From Squalus acanthias (lineage: Eukaryota), in contig CM059427.1 of NCBI GenBank assembly GCA_030390025.1, forward strand, positions 186,310,001 through 186,374,000: a DNA stretch of 64,000 bases. Reading direction: 5' to 3'. Under the pieces are notes generated by a model. That model saw only the letters and a list, made by a program, of their open reading frames with translations. It was not told where the DNA came from and searched no databases. Position numbers and translations under genes: made by a program. Shown here one piece after another: positions 26,786 through 36,607 of the stretch. Numbering within the stretch: the first letter of the stretch is position 1; each line of letters opens with the position of its first letter.

Positions 26786-27011
26786 AGCGCGGTGGTTGTT
26801 GACCCTGGAACACAACCAGTAATGCAATTAGCGAGGTGGAGACACCAACTCCCCAGGATCTCTCTGAAGGTCCGGTGGGAGGAGATGCTGGACATGGACA
26901 ACCCGCCAAGCACAAGGATCTTCTGTACGCCAACGTCAACTTCTTGAAGATGCCCAGTGGTGACGAGACTGTCCGCAGGGCACGGATTACGCAGAAATCA
27001 GCTTCCAGTGA
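26786..27011 (+). pseudogene. Gene A terminal cytoplasmic exon with ITIM and ITSM-like motifs
   Basis: LLYANV at 26920-26937; TDYAEISFQ* at 26982-27011 in a different frame; acceptor is either 26777 or 26785. Confidence 0.8.
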
Positions 27012-27319
27012 AACTAAGCGTGAAATGGGGAGAGAGGTGAGGGGTAAGGAGGTGCGGTGGGGAGTGTTTGCAATTCCTGGTAACACCAGACAACCTGCTG
27101 GGGGAAATGTTGGCCGGAGGGAAGGGACTGAAAGGTTTTCCGCTTGGCATGATTGGGATGAAATATTTGACCAGGGACAACTCGATGCTGACCCATTGGG
27201 GCAAGAGATTCAAAGGTCTGCCTCTCTTCGCACAAGCACCTTTCATGCACAATTTTGATGGGTGGAGGTGGTGATACAAGCTCAGTACATAGAGTCATGG
27301 AATTCCATAGTGCAGACGG

Positions 27320-27540
27320 AGGTCATTTGGCCCATCGCACCTGAAAGAATTACCCCTTCAGTCCCATTCCTCCACCCTTCTGCCATTCGGCCCATCAACC
27401 CCGTGCTAGCTCTCTGAAAGAGCTACCCCCTTTGGCCCAATCCCCTGTCCCTTCCCCCATTCGGCCCATCTCCCCTTGTGCTAGCTTTCTGAAAGAACTC
27501 TCCACTCAGGCCCAATCCCCTGCCCTTTCCCCATACTTTT
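27320..27540 (-). repeat. About 60-bp tandem repeat (3 copies) derived from a CR1 3' UTR
   Basis: cattcggcccatc...ctagctctctgaaagagcta...cccaatccc repeated. Confidence 0.6.
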
Positions 27541-27869
27541 AAAAAGTTTCTTACTTCAAGTATTTCTCTACTTTCCTTTTAAAATCTATTCTGGGTTCTG
27601 CTACCCCCACCGTTCTTGGCCGGTCACTCCACATCCCAACAACCCTCTGCATAAAGACAGTCTCTCCGAACATCTGGTCAGTGTACATTCCACAAAGGGA
27701 AGTTCAGATGAGAGAGGCCATTTCACCCATCTAGGTAACGGTTCTACCGGGATCCTCCGTCACGCCATCCCTCCGCCTCTTGAATGTCTCCAAGGTTTTT
27801 GACCCCACTCCCCAACCTGGATGCAATCCCAGGTTTTGATCGATCTCCGTGAATTAGTTCAGCCCTGAA

Positions 27870-28138
27870 CTCCTCGATTTCCATTGCTCCACCATTGGCG
27901 GCCGTGCCTTCAGCTGTCTCGGCCCTAAGCTCTGGAAGTCTCCCCCTAAACCTCTCCGCCTCTCTCTCCTTTAAGACACTCCTTAAAACCTACCTCTTTG
28001 ACCAAGTGTTTGGTCACTTGTCCTCATATCTCCTTATGTGGGTGTCAATTTTTTAGGCTAATTCTGCTCCTGTGAAGCACCCTGGGATGTTTTACTATGT
28101 AAAAGGTGCAATATAAGCACAAGTTTCTGTTGTTGTTG
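27870..28138 (+). mobile_element. L2 LINE 3' fragment
   Basis: accattggcggccgtgccttcagc...gtgaagcaccctgggatg...tgttgttg. Confidence 0.75.
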
Positions 28139-28482
28139 TATCTTTGATCTGCGAAGTCTTAATGGGACCAAGGTGGCTCCTTCAACAGGGCGTACAGTGT
28201 ACGGGCAATAAATGCATTGCATGCCAACAAATAAGCATGCCCTTTAAACCTCGTATGCCCCAGCCCTGCTATGTGGCCACATCATAACCAAGGCACTGCC
28301 TTGCTGCGTGCTGCCAACATGGCCGAATAGTAATGAACAGAAATGTGGTGCCACTCAACTTTGATATCAAATCTGATCGCTCTTTCTGATTGTTGCACCT
28401 TTCTTATGCTGTGAAAGATTGCAAGAAGCATATGGGTTATGTATAACATTACATTTACTTACACAAGGGATTAAAATGCTCA

Positions 28483-28718
28483 ATAACAACAGAAAACACT
28501 GGAAAAACTCAGCAGGCCAGGCAGCATCTGTGGAGAGAGAAACAGAGTTAACGTTTCAGGTCGAAGACCTTTCGTCAGAACAGAAGTTCTGACGAAAGGT
28601 CTTCGACCTGAAACGTTAACTCTGTTTCTCTCTCCACGGATGCTGCCTGGCCTGCTGAGTTTTTCCAGCGTTTTCTGTTGTTAGTTCGGATTTCCAGCAT
28701 CCGCAGTATTTTGCTATT
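28483..28718. mobile_element. Palindromic Penelope-derived insertion (family 1)
   Basis: 98-bp inverted arms 28484-28581 / 28586-28683; 15-bp TSD ggattaaaat(g/t)ctca at 28468-28482 / 28719-28733. Confidence 0.88.
28585..28621 (+). ncRNA. Minimal type I hammerhead ribozyme motif (mirror copy on - strand at ~28546-28581)
   Basis: AGTT-CTGACGA-A-AGGTC-TTC-GACCT-GAA-ACGT-T-AACT: stem I, conserved core, stem II, palindromic stem III. Confidence 0.72.
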
Positions 28719-28986
28719 GGATTAAAATTCTCAGACTGTTATCTACAGATATATCTATATTAAACATCTTACATCTGTGCACAATTTGTGTCTTCTAAAC
28801 GTTACTTCTTTTTGTCGCATTCCCCCTCCCTATTACCTAAATTCCTGTGACAACATTTATAATTGAAATTTCCTATGTAAACATATCACACTGTAATTAC
28901 ACCCTCCTACCATTGGTGGCGCTGCAATGTCACAGTTTTGCATCTCAGAGGAAATCTTTCCACTGTATTTATGATATTATTAACAC

Positions 28987-29140
28987 ACAGGGACCAGAAG
29001 GGGAGCTTCCTGCTGGGTTTACGATGTTAGGATACAGAGACCAGGGAGAATCTTCCTGCTGTGTTTACAATGTTGCTCAGACACAGGGACCATGGGGAAT
29101 CTTCTGGCTGTGTTTACAATGTTGTTAAGACAGAGGACTG
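28987..29140 (+). repeat. Short degenerate tandem repeat, about 45-48 bp x 3
   Basis: acagggacca..gggaatcttc..gctgtgtttacaatgttg repeated. Confidence 0.65.
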
Positions 29141-29411
29141 TGGAAATCTACCTTCCCCTTCAAATAGAGGCCAGGGCTAGGCCTGGCTCTGAGCCCCCCG
29201 CCCCCGCACACCCCACCCCCCTGTCCCCCTCGCCCGCCACCCTGTTCGTTTAGTCGGCCCTGCTCAAACTTACTGGTCTTACACATGAAGAGTGTGAGAA
29301 GTTGCACAACACCAGGTTATAGTCCAACAGTTTTATTTGAAATCACAAGCTTTCGGAGCGCTGCTCCTTCGTCAGGTGAAGTGAGGAGATGTCTCTTCAC
29401 ATCTCTTCACT

Positions 29412-29449
29412 TCACCTGACGAAGGAGCAGCAGCTCCGAAAGCTTGTGA
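29412..29449 (+). ncRNA. Minimal type I hammerhead ribozyme motif (mirror copy on - strand 29343-29379)
   Basis: TCAC-CTGACGA-A-GGAGC-AGCA-GCTCC-GAA-AGCT-T-GTGA. Confidence 0.72.
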
Positions 29450-29978
29450 TTTCAAATAAAACTGTTGGGGGTAAAAATTCACTTGGTTGCGCCTCCCGTT
29501 AGCGCCTTAAGAGGGCGCTAATGGGGCGCTAAGCCGCTAACGCCCGGGCGCAGCGATGTTTGCGCCGCTCGAGAACTTAACTTGAGATTGTGCGGCGGCG
29601 CTAAAACTTACCGCTGCGACCACCTGCGCGCGCAGATTATGACGTCATTCCATGGTGCAATGCCCTTGGGGCGCCCCGGAGCGGAAATTGAGTGGCGCCC
29701 CCTGCCTTACCGCCTGGCGCTTCCAACGACCGGAAGACTGGAACGCTATCAATCGGTGTGGGGCTGGGGGGGGCGCTATTTAAAGGGGGCCTCTTCCTGT
29801 CTTTTTCTGTGGTCGACATTTATGCACCACTCGTTCTGAGAGAGAGAGAGAGATTCGGAGAGAGAGAGAGAGAGACTTCTACATTGACTCAACGCTTTGT
29901 GAGGTAGTTTTGCCTATTCATCCTAACTTTGTTGCTACTTTAGTTGCTGTCCCTCATTACTTTTCTGGCAAAGAGAAT

Positions 29979-31139
29979 ATGGGGGCTGCACTGATTGGGG
30001 GCGTCGTCCTGCTCCAGCTGAATCGGAGGATACAGAGACGCAGACAGAGAGTGGCAATGATGGCCAGACGGAGGAGGGCCATCAGGCGCATGTACAGGAG
30101 AGCTTACCCTCCCAGGGTATATCGTGAACAGCTCTCCTACATCCATGTGTCCGAGGAGCTATGTTTGCGAAGGCTGCGATTCAGCAAGGAGGTGGTCACT
30201 GAGCTCTGCCACCTGCTGCAGCCAGATCTGCAGCCTCAGCTGAGGTCCAGGACGTCTCTGTCGGTGGCAGTGAAGGTCACAGTGGCTTTGAACTTCTACG
30301 CCACTAGCTCATTCCAAGCTGCTGTTGGGGACCTCGCCAATATCTCCCAGTTCGCGGTGCATCGCTGCATCCGGCAGGTCACCAATGCCCTCTTCAGAAG
30401 GAGACGAGAGTTCATCTCTTTCCCTATGACCCCAGACAAGCAGCGTGACCGTGCTCTGGGCTTTGCGAGGGTAGCGGGCTTCCCCATGGTGCAGGGCGCC
30501 ATTGACTGCACGCATGTGGCTTTGCGTGCTCCGCGAGAGAATGCAGAGGAATTCAGGAACAGAAAGGGGTTCCATTCCTTGAATGTCCAGTTGGTCTGTG
30601 ACCACAGACAGGTGATACTCGCTGTCAATGCCCACTATCCTGGCAGCTGCCACGATGCTTTCATCCTGCGCCAGACTACTGTGGCAGAAGTTTTCGAGGC
30701 ACCGCATCAGCCAGTTGGTTGGCTTCTCGGGGACAAGGGGTACGCATTGAGCACCTGGCTGATGACACCGCTCCGTACGCCAAACACCCCTGCTGAGCTG
30801 CGGTACAATGAAAGCCATCAAGCAACCAGGAACATTATTGAGCGCACAATCGGCGTGCTGAAACAACGGTTCCGCTGTCTGGACCATTCCGGAGGAGCCC
30901 TGCAGTACTCGCCTGAGCAAGTTTCGAACTTCGTAGTCGTGTGCTGCATGTTGCACAACATGGCAATCCTCAGGACCCAGCCAATGCCACCAGGCCTTGT
31001 AGCACCACCAGAGGAGGAGGAGGAAGAGGAGGAAGAGGACGAGGACGATGATCATCAGCAGCACCAAGGCGGGAGGGCGGCCCACAATGGTCAAACTGCA
31101 AGGGCCGTCCGTCAACGGCTAATAGCAAGCCGCTTCTAG
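29979..31139 (+). CDS. Harbinger transposase (HARBI1-like DDE nuclease), 386 aa
   Basis: Uninterrupted ORF with GAIDCTH, NRKGFHSLNVQLVCD, PGSCHD, LLGDKGY, IERTIGVLKQRFRCL, CCMLHN; first ATG at 29979; AATAAA at 31301. Confidence 0.95.
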   Translation: MGAALIGGVVLLQLNRRIQRRRQRVAMMARRRRAIRRMYRRAYPPRVYREQLSYIHVSEELCLRRLRFSKEVVTELCHLLQPDLQPQLRSRTSLSVAVKVTVALNFYATSSFQAAVGDLANISQFAVHRCIRQVTNALFRRRREFISFPMTPDKQRDRALGFARVAGFPMVQGAIDCTHVALRAPRENAEEFRNRKGFHSLNVQLVCDHRQVILAVNAHYPGSCHDAFILRQTTVAEVFEAPHQPVGWLLGDKGYALSTWLMTPLRTPNTPAELRYNESHQATRNIIERTIGVLKQRFRCLDHSGGALQYSPEQVSNFVVVCCMLHNMAILRTQPMPPGLVAPPEEEEEEEEEDEDDDHQQHQGGRAAHNGQTARAVRQRLIASRF

Positions 31140-31433
31140 GGCCCCTGCCATTGCTACCAACATTAATCAACCCAGCACGCAACCCCTAAGCCGGCCAAGG
31201 CACCAATAATTCCAACCACCAACCATGTATATTTTGAATACAGAAACTTATTTATTTTACAAACTCTGTGTGTGTCAATTCCTCATGACAAACTCATAGA
31301 AATAAACACAAAAAAACAGTCAATAACATAACTGGTTCTCACAACCTGGAGATAATGTCCAAAACACTAAACAAAAGTTGGGCCATGAACCTCGGCCTTT
31401 AATAAAAAAATGACCAGCATTTTGTCACACCTC

Positions 31434-33202
31434 CTACTTTTTGCCCTTCGAGGGTGATCTCCTTCCCTTGCGCACTTCCCCCCTTCTAACCCTACTGCTC
31501 CTCCGTAATGGGACCTCAGTGGCTGCAGCAAGGCTGGTGGAAGGCTGCTGCTCGTCAGACCCTGACACTGCAGATGCCCCTGAAGGACGGCCTCGACCAC
31601 TTCTGGGCCTGGAGGGCCCGGCTGCAGACTGCACCAACTCTGCATGGGCGGCAGCAGTCTGTCCTACAGGCGGTGGCAAGTGCAGTGGAGAAGTGACAGT
31701 GTTGGCAGCAGGAATGCTGTCATCGTGCGAGAGGACAGCAACTCCCTGCTCGCCCGACACACTGGCACTCCCACGGGGCAGCACTTCAGCATCCGGAGCA
31801 ATCTGCCGGAGAACAGATTGCTGGCCTGCTGCGGCGCGGTGACAGCCCCGGGGACATGTGCACGAACCATCGAGGTTGGCAGCAGTCTGTGCTCGCGTGG
31901 CCTCCATCTGAGTCTGTATGAGAGCAGTCAGAGGTGGGATCACGGCAGCCAGTGACTGAATTGCAGCACTAAGCGTTAGTGTGGCATCCGCCTGTGCTAC
32001 AGCGAAGTGCTCCACACTCCTTGCCAGTGACTCAATGCATTCGGGCACCCTTCCCACTGCACCCATGAGCTCAGTGTGCATGCCCACCGCCTGGGTGTTC
32101 ATTTCTGCAATCAGCCGCTCCTCCTCTGCGTCCATTGCAGTAGGAGTGTCTGGCATACTCTCCCTCTGGGGAGAAGGCCCCCGTTCTTCCCTACCCCCCC
32201 CATGGCGTTGCTGCAGCCCGCTGGGTCCTGGAGCTTCACCATCATCAGCCCCTTCCCCCCTGCTCCCCTCCGGGGAAGGCGTGTTCCCAGTGTGGGCATG
32301 GGCTTCCTCGGGAGAGGGTGGCACTGATGCTCTGGCTTCCTCTTCCTCCTCAGCTGCAGCATCACTCCCAGTGGCAGCTTCAGGGCCCGTCTCCTCAGCT
32401 GGTGAATCACCATCTGAAAGCAGGGAGGTACAAGAGTGGCTTTAGCGTGAGGACAGGGTGGCAGTAAGGGAGGAATAAGTGCAGCGAGTTAGCAAGTTGT
32501 ATTGAAAGTGTCAAAGGCTGGTGTTGTGAGGGACAAGTGGAAGGACAGAGGACAAAAAGGTGATGACCTTACCATTGCTGTCCAGAACGGGGTCGGCGTC
32601 TCCAGTGGCGACGGGACCGATCACCCGGCTTGCCACAATCCTGTGGACGCGCTCCTCCAGATCGCTGAGGGGTTGCAGCTGAGGCCGCCCTCCACCTGTC
32701 CGTTGCTGCTGTCTCCTATTATGAGCCAGCTTAGCCTGCAAGAAAAAGGACAGCATCTGAGTAAATATACAGCCATGGTCTTGCCTGATGTGCCTCCCAT
32801 AGGTGAATAGCCCTTACTGAATGTAAAGTGTGGAATGTGTGTGTGTGTTTGATGAAAGGGCCATAGGTGTTGGATGAGTGTTGTGCATTGGGGTTTTAAG
32901 ACCCTCTGGCCATAGAGTGAGGTTGAGATGGAGGGATGGAGAGGTATTGAGAAAAAGCCGCTCACCCTGATGACCCGAGTGAGGTCGTTGAACTTTTTGC
33001 GGCATTGAGTATGGGTCAAGGGCACCATGCTCCTGGAGGAGACGCTCTGAGCCACCTCCCTCCACACTCTTCTGAACTCGCGTGGCAAAGGCCTCCTGCC
33101 ACTCTCAGGGAAGAGCATACATCGTCTGCACTCCACTGCGCCAACCAGAGCATCCAAGGCCCGCTCGGTGAAGCGATGAGCGCGTTCTCTCACCCTCTCC
33201 AT
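31434..33202 (-). CDS. Harbinger Myb/SANT-like DNA-binding protein, 3 exons (33202-32966, 32735-32573, 32413-31434), 459 aa
   Basis: RFTERALDALV...W.EVA..VS...QCRKKFNDL trihelix; exon 2 NRRQQQRTGGG; GT-AG sites with phases 0 and 1 join into one 1380-nt frame; basic C-terminus. Confidence 0.88.
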
Positions 33203-34364
33203 GCTTGGCAGCAAAATGGATTCACAGGTCTCTCCAGGCTGAGATTCAAGGCTGCAATGAGCAGGGTGTGGCTGGGGAGCAAGTGGCCCCCCCCCGCTTT
33301 AAGAAGTGTCCGGCGCCAGTGTGTCTGTGTTCCCTCGCTAACTGGCAGCAGCTGCGCTGCGCTCGCGCGCTGAGTTAGCGCCTCACTCCTTGGCCTTTGT
33401 GCCTTAAGACAGGTGTGCAGCGCCTGCTTTAGCGCTCCACTCACCTCCCGGGGCGGTAAAAGTGAAGTTTCCTGTCAGTGCCGATAATTAGCGCCAAGCG
33501 CTAATATTTGCGTCCAGACGATATTTGCGCCCCAAATGGGGCGCGACCTAATTTCTACCCCTTGGACTATAACCTGGTGTTGTGCGACTTCTCACATTTG
33601 TCCACCCCAGTCCAACACCGGCATCTCCACAACATGAAGAGTGGGCACATACGAGAACTATCGAAGGGCTGCCCTGTTTTGCTGGAACAGAAAACCCGGC
33701 AGGGGTCGCAGAAGAGAATGGGGGAACAGCAGGGTAAATATCCTTCTTCTTCCCAACCCCCATTGCTGTCTCTACCGAGAGGGAACAGCAGTCTTGAGTC
33801 AGAGGCCAGAGTGCTACCAACTGAGCCAAGCTGACACTGAAACCAGCACCAAACTGTCTGCTTACCATGTAGATTATAGTAACACGCAGACCCAGTCTCG
33901 CTGCTAACACAACTACTGCTGGTCTCTGTATCTGAGGGAACAACGCAAGACATTTGAAGCCCGCATGCAAAATGCCTTTTGGCGTATTTTATTCCCAGCC
34001 TTGGTCTTGGATTTAGGATTGCACGCTTTCATGCCAGTCCCTGTCTTGCCCTTCCTCTTTCCCTGTCTTATTTCTCCTTTCTCACCTCTCCTTTCTCCCC
34101 TTATGCTCTCCCTTTCATCCTCTCTCTCTCTCTCTTTCACATTCTCCATTCTCTCACATTCACCCTCTCCTCTGGTCTCCTGAGACTGTGGCAGAGAGAG
34201 AACGCGACAGAGGGTGTGTGGGTGTGAGATGGGGAATGTGACAGAAGGTTAGTGAGTGTGAATGAATGGGTGTATTACAGTGCAAGGAGGGTGAGTCTGT
34301 GAATGAATGAGTGTGTTACAGTGCGAGTAAAGATAGTGAGTGTGTGAATCAGATTGTGTGTTAA

Positions 34365-35405
34365 CTTAGAAAAATAGGAGCAGGAGTAGGCCATTCGGCC
34401 CTTCGAGCCTGCTCTGCCATTCAATATGATCATAGCTGATCCTCTATCTCAAGACCATATTCCCGCTCTCTCCCCATACCCCTTGATGCCTTTTGTGTCT
34501 AGAAATCTATCTATCTCCTTCTTAAATATATTCAGTGACTTGGCCTCCACAGCCTTCTGTGGTAGAGAATTCCACAGGTTCACCACCCTCTGAGTGAAGA
34601 AATTTCTCCTCATCTCAGTTCTAAATGTCCTACCCCATATCCTGAGACTGTGACCCCTCGTTCTAGACCACCCCCAGCCAGGGGAAACATCCTCCCTGCA
34701 TCCAGTCTGTCTAGCCCTGTCAGAGTTTTATACGTTTCAATGAGATCCCCTCTCATTCTTCTAAACTCTAGTGAATACAGGCCTAGTGGACCCAATCTCT
34801 CCTCATACGACAGTCCTGCCATCCCAGGAATCAGTCTGGTGAACCTTCGCTGCACTCCCTCTATGGCAAGTATATCCTTTCTTAGGTAAGGAGACCAAAA
34901 CTGCACACAGTACTCCAGGTGTGGTCTCACCAAGGCCCTGTACAACTGTAGTAAGACATCCTTGTTCCTGTACTCAAATCCTCTTGCAATGAAGGCCAAC
35001 ATACCATTTGCCTTCCTAACTGCTTACTGCACCTGCATGTTTGCTTTCAGTGACTGGTGTACAAGGACACCCAGGTCTCTTTGTACATCAACATTTCCCA
35101 ATCTATCACCATTTAAATAATACTCTGCCTTTCTGTTTTTCCTACCGAAGTGGATAACTTCACATTTACCCACGTTATACTGCATCTGCCATGTATTTGC
35201 CCACTCACTCAACTTGTCTAAATCGCCTTGAAGCCTCTTTGCATCCTCCTCACAACTCACAATCCCACCTAGTTTCATGTTGTCAGCAAACTTGGAAATA
35301 TTACATTTGGTTCCCTCATCCAAATCATTGATATATATTGTGAATAGCTGGGGCCCAAGCACTGATCCCTGCGGTACCCCACTAGTCACCACCTGCCACC
35401 CCGAA
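34365..35405 (-). mobile_element. CR1 LINE 3' portion (RT C-half and 3' UTR)
   Basis: GVPQGSVLGP, KFAD, LVRPHLEYCVQFWSP in ORFs 35024-35524 and 34610-35002. Confidence 0.93.
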
Positions 35406-35689
35406 AAGGTAAATGAGAGGGTAGTAAGTGTGTGAATGAGATTGTGCGCATGTGAAAGACTGGGGAGAGTGAGAGCCTGTGCTTGTGAGTGAGAGTGTCT
35501 GTGCACAAGTGCATGTGCATACAAGTCTATCCGTGCACCAGTTTAGTGTTTGAACCAGATTTCTTTGTTTTATCTGTAAAGGTTTGAATGTCCCGGGAGT
35601 CGAGCCCTGGGCAGCATCTGTTCCTTCAGGTGGAGAGAGAAGGCCTCCACAGTAGGACCCATCCCCTCTCGACTGAGCATTCAATATCG

Positions 35690-36135
35690 ACCTGCATTTA
35701 TGTGGGCCTTACACAGCCTTAGGATGTCCCAAAGTGCTTTGCAGACAATGAAGTACTTTTTGAAGTGCAGTCACTGTTGTAATGTAGGAAATGCGGCAGA
35801 ATTTTTGCACAGCAAGCTCCCAAAAACAGCAGTATGATGATGACCAGATCATCTGTTTTTAGTGTGAGTTGAGGGATATATATTGTCCCCCAGGGAGAAC
35901 TCTTCCTGCTCTTCTTTGAAATAGTGGCCATTGCATCTTTTACATCCACCTGAAAGGGCAGACGGGACCTCGGTTTAACGTTTCATCTGGAAGGTGGAAC
36001 CTCCGACAGTCGGTGCTGCACTAGGAGAGTCGGCTTGGATATGGGGCTCAAGTCTCTGAAGTGGGAACTCAAACGCGCATTCTTCTGACTCAGAGGCGAG
36101 AGAGAGAGAGAGAGTGCTAAACTCACTGAGCCACA
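35690..36135 (-). mobile_element. DeuSINE-like SINE, near full length, without minisatellite expansion
   Basis: Reverse complement of the SINE head/body/tail seen at 24105-26600 and 38705-38990. Confidence 0.7.
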
Positions 36136-36607
36136 GTGGAAACTCCATGTCAACAGCTGCCTAGCTTTAAGCAGAAATACCACTACAGTGTCAGCGCACT
36201 AAAGGTTAACAGTTTGCTTACAACACAAGTCAAAGTGATGTTTTCTCACATGCTGCCCACTTCCTGATTTAACTCACAGAGACACATCTAATTAAATACA
36301 CAGAGGGCGCAGAACAGGAAGAGGCCATTCGGCCCAAGCAGTGCGTGTCAGCAATTATTCCCCAGGCAAGCAGTCGGCCAGGGCCTGGGTAAGTAACGCA
36401 ACGGTTGTAATTCACTTCCACCACCAACGTCTTCCTTTGTTGGTGTTGTGACTTTATAAAGATAATTGAGGCCTTCTAAAGATTTCTACTTATTATTGAG
36501 ATCTGGGCTTACGGCTCAAGTCTGTCGTACAGGACATCTTTCTAGTTCAAGGGGTGAGGGAAATCCGGAGCCTTTAGCCTGTAATCCAGGCTGATGCTCC
36601 CAGTACC

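Larger units (their letters stand above)
16437..27011 (+). pseudogene. Siglec-like receptor pseudogene (gene A): Ig domain 2, two further Ig exons, TM exon, two cytoplasmic exons; no leader or V-set exon found
   Basis: Exons closely paralogous to the gene at 39084; nonsense TAA 17334-17336, lost acceptor plus indels in exon 20271-20649, stop/frameshift in TM exon, frameshifts in the last exon. Confidence 0.88.
29468..33561. mobile_element. Full-length PIF/Harbinger DNA transposon, 4094 bp
   Basis: TIRs GGGGTAAAAATT / AATTTCTACCCC (11 of 12 match), 3-bp TSD TTG (29465-29467, 33562-33564), convergent transposase and Myb/SANT genes, repeated subterminal TTAGCGCC/GGCGCTAA motifs. Confidence 0.96.
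29295..33631. mobile_element. Palindromic Penelope-derived insertion (family 2), split by the Harbinger transposon
   Basis: Inverted arms around loop 29393-29398; right arm resumes at 33565 (gactataacctggtgttgtg); 12-bp TSD acatgaagagtg at 29283-29294 / 33632-33643. Confidence 0.85.

Noticed and set aside
26836-27258. 140-aa ORF as a standalone gene
   Set aside because: Frameshifted read-through of the pseudogene's last exon into its 3' UTR.
30309-31115. 268-aa antisense ORF and other overlapping ORFs in the Harbinger
   Set aside because: Shadow frames of GC-rich coding sequence with no recognisable motifs.
29979-31139. Domesticated host gene HARBI1
   Set aside because: The ORF sits between TIRs with a TSD and a partner Myb gene, so it belongs to a transposon.
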